From the IMG/VR virus record IMGVR_UViG_3300015263_000627: a stretch of DNA of 64,000 nucleotides; one strand, written 5' to 3'. Of the stretch, positions 1 to 9,864 are shown in pieces. The position numbers and the translations under genes are program-made. The notes beneath the pieces were generated by a model. It was not told the origin of the DNA, did not search any database, and saw only the letters and a program-made list of their open reading frames with translations. Numbering within the stretch: position 1 is the stretch's first letter; the number at the start of each line of letters is the position of its first letter. Source of the stretch: a virus.

Positions 1-1230
1 CCCAAATATCTGATGAATACGTTTATTGATATATTTGACTTGTAGATATTCCTCAACCGGTAAATATTCTCCAAGCACATTATAAAAATGCTGCTTCCAT
101 TGTAGGGCTATGCTATCCCATTGGGAATATGGCTTGACTATATTACAATAATGGGCTTTTTGTTTCCACAGGTATTTGTCAGCATGAGCGCGTAACATCA
201 TATCAAGAAATCGATTCACCTGCTCATCCTTGTTGATATTGGGAAACAAGCCATTTGGTTCAACTGGATAATCAAGCAAATATGATGCTTTATCAATTGC
301 CGTTTCTTCCATGGCTCCAAACCGACAACCGATAATGGGGGTATTGTAATTCAATGCTTCAAGGGCTGATATTCCAAATGTTTCGGGAAAGGCTCCGGGA
401 GCAACATAATATGATGCTTTGGTCAATAAATCAGCAATTTCGTCTTGTTTGATAATACCCGTAAAAGTAATGTTCTTATTGTTAGGTAATGCCTTCAATT
501 CATGCCATCTCTTTTCCTGATCGTCGGGTTGTCTATCCGGAAAACGATAAAATCCTCCAATAATAACTAATTTAGCGTGAGGAACCTGTTCAATAAATTT
601 TGGCCAAATATCTTTTACAAGAGGAACCATACCTTTGGTAAGGGATGCATTATAGATAAACAAATTGGGGTCTTTGGCAAAAACATTGACCCAATCATGA
701 TAACGTCGCATTCCATCTCGGGTCTGAAATATTTTATTCTTGAGAACTTCAAACATTCGTTTAGCTCCATGATCACAATTAGTCACATAAACAGAATGGA
801 AGTCAGATAAAGTAAAAATCTTGTCAAATCTTTTATTGACAATCATATGTTCAACAAATGGATCGGAGCCTTGCACAAATGTATCATGCATCCATAACAC
901 TTTATATTTGGCTGTTTTTATAATGTTATTGAATTTAGGATCGCCGGTATAGGGAGCAATAGAACGAGAAGATATTATGATATCAATATTTGAACAGCTA
1001 CTTATCCCATTTAGATTTATATAGTTGACCCCATCATAAACACCGGGATGGGTATCATCTTCGCCACAACGGTTGAAAACAGTTACTTGAAATCCAAGTT
1101 TGACCAATTCGGGGGCAATAAGGATTACGGACGATTCACTCCCGCCCAAGCCACGTTTTTTTAGGGTATCCCCACAATAAGGAAGTCCTAAAACATCAAT
1201 AAAAGCTATGCTTAAATTCAATTCATTCAC
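1..1230 (-). CDS. GT-B (GT4-like) glycosyltransferase, 3' end runs off the window
   Basis: Not in the ORF track. Manual translation from GTG 1230 (or TTG 1221) is open to base 1 and includes GLGGSESSV, LWMHD and FPETFGISALEA (GT4 ExFG...E motif). Confidence 0.85.
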   Translation of the reverse strand, partial: MNELNLSIAFIDVLGLPYCGDTLKKRGLGGSESSVILIAPELVKLGFQVTVFNRCGEDDTHPGVYDGVNYINLNGISSCSNIDIIISSRSIAPYTGDPKFNNIIKTAKYKVLWMHDTFVQGSDPFVEHMIVNKRFDKIFTLSDFHSVYVTNCDHGAKRMFEVLKNKIFQTRDGMRRYHDWVNVFAKDPNLFIYNASLTKGMVPLVKDIWPKFIEQVPHAKLVIIGGFYRFPDRQPDDQEKRWHELKALPNNKNITFTGIIKQDEIADLLTKASYYVAPGAFPETFGISALEALNYNTPIIGCRFGAMEETAIDKASYLLDYPVEPNGLFPNINKDEQVNRFLDMMLRAHADKYLWKQKAHYCNIVKPYSQWDSIALQWKQHFYNVLGEYLPVEEYLQVKYINKRIHQIFG

Positions 1231-1331
1231 CTTATAAATTACCATAAATAGATTGAGATGATTAGCTATATTATATCGCAATTGCTGATCATTGTCAAGT
1301 ATTTAGCGACATTTTGGGGAAAGGGAACCTT

Positions 1332-2522
1332 ATGTCAAACAAAGATTTTCATGTTCGTAATGGTATATGGGTTGATGATGGTCAGACTATTTATGTCGGA
1401 AATTCCAGCCAAAATACAACAATTTCTAGTCAAAGCATTGTAGTTGGAAATTCTGCTTCTAATGCAGTTATAAATTCATCCGGATTTTCTTTCGGAGGAC
1501 AATCACTTGGTTACGGATATACCGGCTCGCGTGGAACATTAGGATATACTGGATCAATTGGATATTCGGGTAGCCAAGGTTATGCTGGATCAATGGGTGT
1601 TACTGGTTATCAAGGTTCCGCAGGTGTTACCGGTTATCAAGGATCAACAGGATATCGTGGATCAGCCGGTCTTACCGGTTATCAAGGTTCCCAAGGTGTT
1701 ACTGGCTACCAAGGATCGGGAGCACAAACTGGATATACAGGGTCGCAAGGTGTTCTTGGATATACTGGTTCAGCTTCGACAGTCATTGGTTATACTGGTA
1801 GTAAAGGTTATTCAGGTAGCCAAGGTGATCTTGGTTATACCGGATCAGCATCTACTGTTGTTGGATATACTGGTAGTCAAGGTATTACTGGATATAGTGG
1901 ATCAAAAGGCTATTCAGGTTCAATTGGTTATACCGGTAGTGGATTTAAATGGCAAGGTTCTTGGCAAGCTTCAACATGGTATTATGTGCAAGATGTTGTA
2001 TTGTATAATAATTCCAGTTATACTTGTATTCAAGATTGTTATGATATAGCACCATCTAATCCAACTTATTGGACTATAATGGCGGCTCAAGGTTCAACTG
2101 GATATGTTGGATCATTTGGATATACCGGTAGTGCTTCAACAGTTGTTGGATATACTGGGTCAGTAGGATATACAGGATCAGTTTCTAATGCAGCAACACC
2201 TGTAACAATTACAGATGGATCAGGACAAACATTTGATGCTCAAAATGGTTTAACAACTATAGCTCGTCTTTCAGCAACAAGTAATCGTACATTAGTTGCT
2301 CCAACTAATCCAGTTGATGGACAAAAAGTTATTATTGAACATTATGCATCGGGAGGAACTAGAACTCTTTCTTTAACTGTTGGATCGGCAGGAGCATTTC
2401 GTTATGGAGATGATATAACAGGATTAAGTGCAACATCTTCCGGAAAGATAGATCGTATTGGAGTAATTTATAGGGAAGGCGTAGATCGTTGGGATGTTGT
2501 AGCTGTAGTTAAAGGATTTTAA
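1332..2522 (+). CDS. Collagen-like (GYTGSQ repeat) fibre protein with aromatic CBM5/12-like module and C-terminal tail-fibre-type domain
   Basis: Gly-X-Y hexapeptide repeats; WQGSWQASTWYYVQDVVLYNNSSYTC module; ATG at 1332 behind late-promoter-like CATAAATA. Confidence 0.7.
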   Translation: MSNKDFHVRNGIWVDDGQTIYVGNSSQNTTISSQSIVVGNSASNAVINSSGFSFGGQSLGYGYTGSRGTLGYTGSIGYSGSQGYAGSMGVTGYQGSAGVTGYQGSTGYRGSAGLTGYQGSQGVTGYQGSGAQTGYTGSQGVLGYTGSASTVIGYTGSKGYSGSQGDLGYTGSASTVVGYTGSQGITGYSGSKGYSGSIGYTGSGFKWQGSWQASTWYYVQDVVLYNNSSYTCIQDCYDIAPSNPTYWTIMAAQGSTGYVGSFGYTGSASTVVGYTGSVGYTGSVSNAATPVTITDGSGQTFDAQNGLTTIARLSATSNRTLVAPTNPVDGQKVIIEHYASGGTRTLSLTVGSAGAFRYGDDITGLSATSSGKIDRIGVIYREGVDRWDVVAVVKGF

Positions 2523-2524
2523 TT

Positions 2525-3190
2525 ATGACATTTTCTATAAGTTATACTACCAACTCCCAAAAATCTTCATCATCACCTTGGAATTTTTCAAGCATGAATA
2601 TTGGGACAGCAGACCCGGAACGCACAGTAATAGTCGGAATAGCTGCAAGAACAAATAGCAATACGATTACTGGATGTTACATCGGAGGTATCCCTGCTTC
2701 AGAAATATATAAGCAAACGGCGGTTGGATATACTATGGGATTTTATAGTGCCCCTATAGAATCTGGAACCACTGCTAATATTGCAATATACGCCCCTACT
2801 TCTAATCTAGTTTCAATTACAGTTTTTAGAGCAATCGATTTTGGTTCATCTTCAGGTCCGGATGCTTCTGTTGCTAATGGTGACATAAATTGGACTGGAA
2901 ATATAGATTGTTTGCAAAATGGAGCATTACTTGGTCTTGAAATGTATGGACATTATTACCCTGCTAGTAATACTCAAATTTGGCGGGTTTCTTCAGCACT
3001 CGAATCTTTACCAAGCGGTGCAAGTGGACGAACTGTTGGAACAAATCAGAGTAATACTAATATAGTATGGACCGGTCTTACTGAAGAATTTGATAGTTTA
3101 TGGACACCATCATTTCAATCTAATATTTCTATAACTTTAGTAATTTCAATTCATGGTTCTGATAAAACAAAAATGATGTTAATGTTTTAA
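2525..3190 (+). CDS. Hypothetical Ser/Thr/Gly-rich structural protein, fibre-associated
   Basis: 221 aa ORF tightly coupled between two fibre genes. Confidence 0.55.
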   Translation: MTFSISYTTNSQKSSSSPWNFSSMNIGTADPERTVIVGIAARTNSNTITGCYIGGIPASEIYKQTAVGYTMGFYSAPIESGTTANIAIYAPTSNLVSITVFRAIDFGSSSGPDASVANGDINWTGNIDCLQNGALLGLEMYGHYYPASNTQIWRVSSALESLPSGASGRTVGTNQSNTNIVWTGLTEEFDSLWTPSFQSNISITLVISIHGSDKTKMMLMF

Positions 3191-3223
3191 AATATAAACA
3201 TTATATTTTTAATATAGGTTATA

Positions 3224-6200
3224 ATGTCAAACAACAGCGTTTCAAAAACTCTTTGGGTAAAATTTGATCAAGATAATTATTCTTCATCGAATATTGTCGA
3301 AGAAGCTCGCTGGTTTTCTTCACCCGCTGAATTTAATTTTGAAGGATCAGGAGGAAATTTTCTTGGAACAGTTGAAGATGTTCCAGCAATTGTCGGTAAT
3401 ACTCAAGCTGGTTTATACGGAGGAAATGGTTATCTTATTGTTTCATCCAATGGCATTGAAGTAAGCACTAGTTTATCAGTAAATGGAACACCCGTTGGTT
3501 ATGGTTATACCGGTAGTCAAGGATATACCGGTTCAATAGGATATACTGGTTCAGCATCGGAAGTTCCGGGATATACAGGATCAGAAGGTCCAGCCGGGGG
3601 CTACACCGGATCGGCAGGTTACACTGGTAGTAAAGGTGATCCCGGGGGTTACACTGGATCAGCAGGATACACTGGTAGTAAAGGTGATATTGGTTATACC
3701 GGATCAGGGGGAGGCGGTGGAGGATATACCGGTTCAGCAGGATATACCGGATCGGCGGGATATGCCGGTAGTAAAGGTGATCCCGGAGGTTATACTGGAT
3801 CGGCAGGTTATACCGGTAGTCAAGGAACCCAAGGTAACATCGGTTATACCGGTAGTCAAGGAACAGGTTATACCGGTAGTCTTGGTTATACTGGTAGTGC
3901 AGGTGTCGGATATACCGGTAGTGCTTCAACTGTAATTGGATATACGGGTAGTCAAGGTTATACTGGTAGTCAAGGAACTCAAGGTGTAATTGGATATACC
4001 GGTAGCCAAGGAACGCAAGGTAATATTGGATATACTGGATCGCAAGGAACCCAAGGCAATATCGGATATACCGGTAGTCTTGGTTATACTGGCTCGCAAG
4101 GAATTGGTTATACCGGATCAGCTTCAACAGTAATAGGTTATACTGGTAGTAAGGGTGATCAAGGTGATATTGGTTATACTGGTAGTGAAGGTTATTCTGG
4201 CTCGCAAGGTGAGGTAGGTTATCAAGGATCGGCGGGATATACCGGTAGTCAGGGTGATGTTGGATATCAAGGATCAACTGGTTATCAGGGTTCTCAAGGT
4301 ATCACCGGTTATCAAGGATCAGGAGCGCAAACTGGATATACGGGTAGTCAAGGTTATACTGGTAGTCAAGGAACTCAAGGTGTAATTGGATATACCGGTA
4401 GCCAAGGAACGCAAGGTAATATTGGATATACTGGATCAGCTTCAACTGTAATTGGTTATACGGGTAGCCAAGGTAATATTGGTTATACGGGTAGTCAAGG
4501 TGTTATTGGATATACCGGTAGTCTTGGTTATACAGGATCGGCAGGAGTTGGTTATACTGGATCGGCTTCAACTGTAATTGGTTATACGGGTAGTATTGGT
4601 TACACTGGTTCAATGGGAACTGGTAGTAGCATTACAGTTTCAAATACAGAACCATCAAGTCCATCAAATGGAGATTTGTGGTTTGATCTAAACACTGGTT
4701 TATTAGTAGCATATGTTGATGATGGAGATAGTCAACAATGGGTTGAAATTGGTCCAAGCCCTCAAGGACCGGCTGGTTATACTGGTAGCCAAGGTCCGGG
4801 GGGTGGTTATACTGGTTCGGCTTCAACTGAACCGGGATACACTGGTAGCCAAGGATATACCGGTAGTCAAGGTGATATTGGTTATACTGGTTCAGCTTCA
4901 ACTGTAATTGGATATACCGGTAGTCAAGGTGATATTGGTTACACTGGTAGCCAAGGTGTTGGTTATACTGGTAGTGCATCCGAAGTAATTGGTTACACTG
5001 GTAGTCAAGGTAATCTTGGTTATACCGGATCAGCTTCAACAGTTATCGGATATACCGGTAGTCAAGGACCAATTGGTTATACTGGTTCTGCATCCGAAGT
5101 AATTGGTTACACTGGTAGCCAAGGACCAATTGGTTATACCGGATCGGCTTCAACTGTAATTGGTTATACTGGTAGTCAAGGTCCGATAGGATATACTGGT
5201 TCGCAAGGAATCCAAGGTGTAATTGGTTATACTGGAAGTCAGGGAATACAAGGCAATATTGGTTACACTGGTAGCCAAGGAACGCAAGGTGTAATTGGTT
5301 ATACTGGAAGTCAGGGAATACAAGGTAATATCGGATATACCGGATCGGCTTCAACTGTAATTGGTTATACTGGTAGCCAAGGTTACACTGGTAGTCAAGG
5401 TATAGGTTATACTGGTTCAGCTTCGACTGTTCCGGGTTATACTGGTTCTAAAGGCGATCAAGGTGATATTGGTTATACTGGTTCACAAGGAGTTGCGGGT
5501 GAAACCGGTTATCAAGGTAGTCAGGGTGATGTTGGATATCAAGGATCAACTGGTTATCAAGGTAGTCAAGGTATCACTGGTTATCAAGGATCGGGAGCGC
5601 AAACTGGATATACGGGTAGTCAAGGTTATACTGGTAGTCAAGGAACTCAAGGTGTTATCGGTTACACTGGTTCACAGGGAACTCAAGGTGTAATTGGTTA
5701 TACCGGTAGTCAAGGAACGCAAGGTAATATCGGTTACACCGGTAGTCAAGGTGATCAAGGTGTTATCGGTTACACTGGCTCGCAAGGAACTCAAGGCAAC
5801 ATCGGTTATACCGGTAGCCAAGGAACGCAAGGTAATATTGGATATACTGGATCAGCTTCAACTGTAATTGGTTATACGGGTAGCCAAGGTAATATCGGTT
5901 ATACTGGTTCGGGAGGCGGGGGTGCCAGCGTTACAATTTCCTCCACAGAGCCAGCAAGTCCAATAAGTGGAGATTTATGGTATGATCTAAACACTGGTTT
6001 GTTGGTAGTATATGTTGATGATGGAGATAGTGAACAATGGGTTGAAATTGGTCCAAGTCCGCAAGGTCTTACTGGTTATACTGGTTCGGCAGGTCTAGGT
6101 TATACAGGTTCGGCAGGTTATACTGGAAGTGCTTCAACCGCAGTTGGTTACACTGGTAGTCAAGGTAATATCGGTTATACCGGATCGGCTTCAACTGAAC

Positions 6201-6829
6201 CGGGATATACTGGTAGTCTTGGTTATACTGGATCAGCGGGGGCTGGTTATACTGGTAGTCAAGGTTATACTGGATCAGGAGGAAGCGGAAGTCTTACTAT
6301 ATATGATGATGGTGTGATAACATCAACTTATGCTCCTGATCCTACCAACGGAAATTATCATTTAGTAATATCTAACGGAGCAATAACATTATCAAAACCA
6401 ACATCAAATTGTTTGTTTTATGTGCAATATGTAAATGGACCAGCGGCAGGCGGGCTTTCCTATCCAGATTATAGAGTTGGAAGCAGCGTTGGAGATACTT
6501 TTTCAGCTAATCCACGATCAAGTGCTTCTGTTACAATAAACCAAAGCACTGATTATATTACATGGAGTGGTCATGGTTTTGAAGTCTCCGACCCATGTTG
6601 GTTTAGAGCAGGTGTAATGATGCCGGGAAACGTTACAGCAAACCAAATCTATTATATTTCTTATATAACTAATTCTTCTGCCTTCAAAATTGCCAGTAGT
6701 CCGGGGGGAGCTAATGTAAATATTACTAGTAACGGTTCATTGGTTAACTGTTATGCCGCTTCCATTTATAATCTTACTGTATCATGCATAAATGATATAG
6801 CCACAATTACTGTAAAATCTTTGACCTAA
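3224..6829 (+). CDS. Long collagen-like (GYTGSQ repeat) fibre protein, 1201 aa
   Basis: About 900 aa of G-Y-T-G-S-Q repeats interrupted by two copies of a GDLW(F/Y)DLNTGLL...DDGDS.QWV domain. Confidence 0.75.
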   Translation: MSNNSVSKTLWVKFDQDNYSSSNIVEEARWFSSPAEFNFEGSGGNFLGTVEDVPAIVGNTQAGLYGGNGYLIVSSNGIEVSTSLSVNGTPVGYGYTGSQGYTGSIGYTGSASEVPGYTGSEGPAGGYTGSAGYTGSKGDPGGYTGSAGYTGSKGDIGYTGSGGGGGGYTGSAGYTGSAGYAGSKGDPGGYTGSAGYTGSQGTQGNIGYTGSQGTGYTGSLGYTGSAGVGYTGSASTVIGYTGSQGYTGSQGTQGVIGYTGSQGTQGNIGYTGSQGTQGNIGYTGSLGYTGSQGIGYTGSASTVIGYTGSKGDQGDIGYTGSEGYSGSQGEVGYQGSAGYTGSQGDVGYQGSTGYQGSQGITGYQGSGAQTGYTGSQGYTGSQGTQGVIGYTGSQGTQGNIGYTGSASTVIGYTGSQGNIGYTGSQGVIGYTGSLGYTGSAGVGYTGSASTVIGYTGSIGYTGSMGTGSSITVSNTEPSSPSNGDLWFDLNTGLLVAYVDDGDSQQWVEIGPSPQGPAGYTGSQGPGGGYTGSASTEPGYTGSQGYTGSQGDIGYTGSASTVIGYTGSQGDIGYTGSQGVGYTGSASEVIGYTGSQGNLGYTGSASTVIGYTGSQGPIGYTGSASEVIGYTGSQGPIGYTGSASTVIGYTGSQGPIGYTGSQGIQGVIGYTGSQGIQGNIGYTGSQGTQGVIGYTGSQGIQGNIGYTGSASTVIGYTGSQGYTGSQGIGYTGSASTVPGYTGSKGDQGDIGYTGSQGVAGETGYQGSQGDVGYQGSTGYQGSQGITGYQGSGAQTGYTGSQGYTGSQGTQGVIGYTGSQGTQGVIGYTGSQGTQGNIGYTGSQGDQGVIGYTGSQGTQGNIGYTGSQGTQGNIGYTGSASTVIGYTGSQGNIGYTGSGGGGASVTISSTEPASPISGDLWYDLNTGLLVVYVDDGDSEQWVEIGPSPQGLTGYTGSAGLGYTGSAGYTGSASTAVGYTGSQGNIGYTGSASTEPGYTGSLGYTGSAGAGYTGSQGYTGSGGSGSLTIYDDGVITSTYAPDPTNGNYHLVISNGAITLSKPTSNCLFYVQYVNGPAAGGLSYPDYRVGSSVGDTFSANPRSSASVTINQSTDYITWSGHGFEVSDPCWFRAGVMMPGNVTANQIYYISYITNSSAFKIASSPGGANVNITSNGSLVNCYAASIYNLTVSCINDIATITVKSLT
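4250..5900 (+). repeat. Internal DNA-level duplications within the fibre gene
   Basis: cagggtgatgttggatatcaaggatcaactggttatca occurs near 4250 and 5522; the GSGAQTGYTGS block recurs near 1710, 4315 and 5585. Confidence 0.85.
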
Positions 6830-6874
6830 CGACCTAATAAATCGGATAAATACTCATAAAATAAGGAACAAATT

Positions 6875-7630
6875 ATGGCATATCCAGCACTTTCCGCCAA
6901 AAATCCGACTGATCGGGCTAGTTTCAAGGAATATTGCCTACGCCGATTGGGAAAGCCGGTTATCGAAATAAATGTGGATGATGATCAAGTCGAAGATCGA
7001 ATTGACGATGCTCTCCAATATTGGTTTGAATATCATTATGATGGAAGTGAAACCCAATATTACAAATATCAAATCACCGACCAAGATCGAATAAACGGTT
7101 ATATTACTCTACCGGACAATATAATTGGAGCCGTTGAAATCTTCGATATCAGCGACCAATACGGGGTCCAAAATATGTTCAATATCCGGTATCAGATTGC
7201 CTTGAACGATCTATATACCCTGACTTCGGTATCCTTGGTTCCATATTACATGGCTATGCAGCACCTTTCCTTATTAGCTGAAGTTCTTGTGGGCAAGCAA
7301 CCTATTCGATATAACAAATATAATAACCAATTACATATTGATACCGATTGGTCCAATTTTACTGGATCATGGGTTATGGTCAAAGCTTATAGTGTTATCG
7401 ATCCTGACCAATGGACTGCTGCATGGTCAGACCGTTTTCTAAAGGAATATGGAACTCAATTAATCAAGCGACAATGGGGCGAACATCTAAAGAAATTTGG
7501 CGGAATGAGAATGCCTGATGGAACCATTCTGAACGGTAAGGAAATTTGGGATGAAGCTAATCAAGAAATAACTCGTCTTGAACATGAAATGTCGCGAATG
7601 ACAATGCCAGCAATGGATATGATTGGCTGA
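6875..7630 (+). CDS. gp13: T4-like neck protein
   Basis: CLRRLGKPVIEINVDDDQVEDRIDDALQ and LIKRQWGEHLKKFGGMRMPDG motifs. Confidence 0.95.
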   Translation: MAYPALSAKNPTDRASFKEYCLRRLGKPVIEINVDDDQVEDRIDDALQYWFEYHYDGSETQYYKYQITDQDRINGYITLPDNIIGAVEIFDISDQYGVQNMFNIRYQIALNDLYTLTSVSLVPYYMAMQHLSLLAEVLVGKQPIRYNKYNNQLHIDTDWSNFTGSWVMVKAYSVIDPDQWTAAWSDRFLKEYGTQLIKRQWGEHLKKFGGMRMPDGTILNGKEIWDEANQEITRLEHEMSRMTMPAMDMIG

Positions 7631-7688
7631 CCTGCACACTTTTCCAAAAATCCGACACTAAATACTCTATACAACTATGGAGGCTATT

Positions 7689-8264
7689 ATGTCTGGATTT
7701 ATCTACATTTGGTTTGATCGTAAACATAAACGATATTATATTGGTTCTCATTGGGGATCGGTAGATGATGGTTATATTTGTTCTTCACGGTGGATGAAAG
7801 CATCTTATAAACGTCGCCCTCAAGATTTCAAACGCCGTATTCTCAAAGTTATTTCAACAACAAAAAAAGACCTTATTATCGAAGAAATTCGATGGTTATC
7901 AATGATAAAAGATCATGAACTAAGGCATCGTTATTATAATTTACGAAATAAAGAAATAAATCATTGGACCGCTGAACACAACAGTCTTTCAACACAAAAA
8001 AAGATTGCCAAAAATACCAAAAAAGCAATGTGGCAACCTGATATACGGGCTAAATATCTCAAAGGACTCAAAAAACGGGTCAATAAATCATCCGATCCAA
8101 TTGTAAGGGAAAAACGGCGGCAATCTATGCTTCAAACAATGGCAAAAAAATTTCCCGTAGAAAATCGAAAAGTTGTTCCTAAATTTGGTAGTGAGGAATA
8201 TAAAAAAAATATGTCTGAAACTATAACCAATTGGTGGGCGCAAAGAAAGCGAGCATCATGGTAA
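7689..8264 (+). mobile_element. Free-standing GIY-YIG (Seg-like) homing endonuclease between gp13 and gp14
   Basis: FIYIWFDRKHKRYYIGSHWGSVDDGYICSS; basic C-terminal DNA-binding region; GGAGG RBS before ATG 7689. Confidence 0.85.
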
Positions 8265-8998
8265 CCAACTTCTATTTTCAAAACTATCAAAACACAAACG
8301 AACAACGTTTGTTGAATGATCTTGTTGCGGAATCCATCCGTATATATGGTATTGACTGTTATTATTTGCCTCGGGTCATGACTAATTATGACAATATTTT
8401 GACCGAAGATGCACAATCCAGTTATGAAAGTGTATATATGACTGATGCTTATTTGAAGAATTTCATGGGGTTTACGGGGGACCGAAACCTTATGACGAAA
8501 TTTGCTGGATTGGAAATTCGGGATCAAATCATTTTCAATATATCCAAAACATCATTTCATAATGATGTTGAAATACAAACTGGTATCTCCCGACCCCGGG
8601 AAGGTGATATCATGTATTTTCCGTTACCGAAGAAATGTTTCATTATTCGGTATGTAGAAGCCTATGAATTTATGTTCTCTCTTGGAGCATTATATACATG
8701 GGAAGTCACACTTGAACTATTCGAATATTCTAATGAAAAATTCAATACAGGTATTCCAGAAATCGATATTCTTCAAAGCAAGTTCTCAACTAATGCCTTA
8801 GATTATGCTCTAAAAACCGAAAATGGAGATTGGTTGACAACTGAAACTGGAGCTATTATTACCAATGAAAACTTTATAATACCTAAGATTGATCCAATTA
8901 GCCAGAATGAAATTTTTGATCAGAAAACTCTTGATCTTGATCTAATTGATTGGGCTGAAGTTGATCCATTCTCCGAAGGAAAAATAGGAAATAGATAA
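8258..8998 (+). CDS. gp14: T4-like neck protein
   Basis: EQRLLNDLVAESIRIYGIDCYYLPR and RPREGDIMYFP motifs; position after gp13. Confidence 0.93.
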   Translation: MVTNFYFQNYQNTNEQRLLNDLVAESIRIYGIDCYYLPRVMTNYDNILTEDAQSSYESVYMTDAYLKNFMGFTGDRNLMTKFAGLEIRDQIIFNISKTSFHNDVEIQTGISRPREGDIMYFPLPKKCFIIRYVEAYEFMFSLGALYTWEVTLELFEYSNEKFNTGIPEIDILQSKFSTNALDYALKTENGDWLTTETGAIITNENFIIPKIDPISQNEIFDQKTLDLDLIDWAEVDPFSEGKIGNR

Positions 8999-9864
8999 TG
9001 TTCAATCAACCGTTTTATCATAGCCTATTCAAAAAATATGTTGTCCTATTTGGAACATTGTTTACCAATATTTACATTGATCGGGCTGATAGTGAAGATA
9101 ATGTAATTGCTCGTATCAAGGTGCCAATTCAGTATGCTCCCAAAGATAAGATGATCACTCGTTTGTTAAGCGATCCGGAATTAGATAAACAAACAGCATT
9201 GATATTACCTCGAATGTCCTTTGAATTGGTCAGTCCGGTAGTAAGATATGATCCTTCTCGCAAACTTCCGTCAATCAATCGATGGGTCAAGAAACACCCG
9301 GATGATGCCAATAAAGTGAAATATCAGTATAATCCGGTGCCTTATGACCTGTTTTTTTCTCTATATGTCTATGTAAAAAATGTTGAGGATGGTTTGAAAA
9401 TTGTCGAACAAATCATTCCATTCTTTACTCCTGATTTTACTCCGTTAGTAAACCTAATTCCGGAACTAAACGATCAACGTGATATTCCTATTGAATTATC
9501 TAATGGACCGATAATGACTGATGTTTATACTGATGATTTCAAGACCCGCCGTATGGTATATTGGCAGTTTGATTTCACTATGCGAGGATTTTTCTTTGGT
9601 CCGGTCAAGACGGCTCCAATTATCAAGTATGCTAATACAACAATGTTAGTGCCGATTTCAACAGATCATTCGACCCACATTCATACTGCCAATGCGTCCC
9701 CGGCATTCCGTTCAATTTTCACTCCGGGATATACCGGCAGCGGACCTACTTCTAATTCAGAACTTAGCATTCCAGTTAGTGAAATTTTCCTTGATGATGA
9801 TTTTGGATTTGTAAATACTATGGAAGATTTGCAGGGTGGTTATACTGGTAGTGTAGGTGTCTAA
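8998..9864 (+). CDS. gp15: Tail terminator / sheath stabiliser
   Basis: FYHSLFKKYVVLFGTLF, KVPIQYAPKDK, LPRMSFE, EQIIPFFTPDF. Confidence 0.93.
   Translation: MFNQPFYHSLFKKYVVLFGTLFTNIYIDRADSEDNVIARIKVPIQYAPKDKMITRLLSDPELDKQTALILPRMSFELVSPVVRYDPSRKLPSINRWVKKHPDDANKVKYQYNPVPYDLFFSLYVYVKNVEDGLKIVEQIIPFFTPDFTPLVNLIPELNDQRDIPIELSNGPIMTDVYTDDFKTRRMVYWQFDFTMRGFFFGPVKTAPIIKYANTTMLVPISTDHSTHIHTANASPAFRSIFTPGYTGSGPTSNSELSIPVSEIFLDDDFGFVNTMEDLQGGYTGSVGV

Noticed and set aside
3264-6317. Many alternative-frame and antisense ORFs over the fibre genes
   Set aside because: They are shadow ORFs produced by the repetitive GGT TAT ACT codon pattern.
3224-6829. CRISPR array or ice-nucleation gene
   Set aside because: The repeats are in-frame coding hexapeptides with no unique spacers, and they lack the InaZ AGYGSTxT octapeptide.
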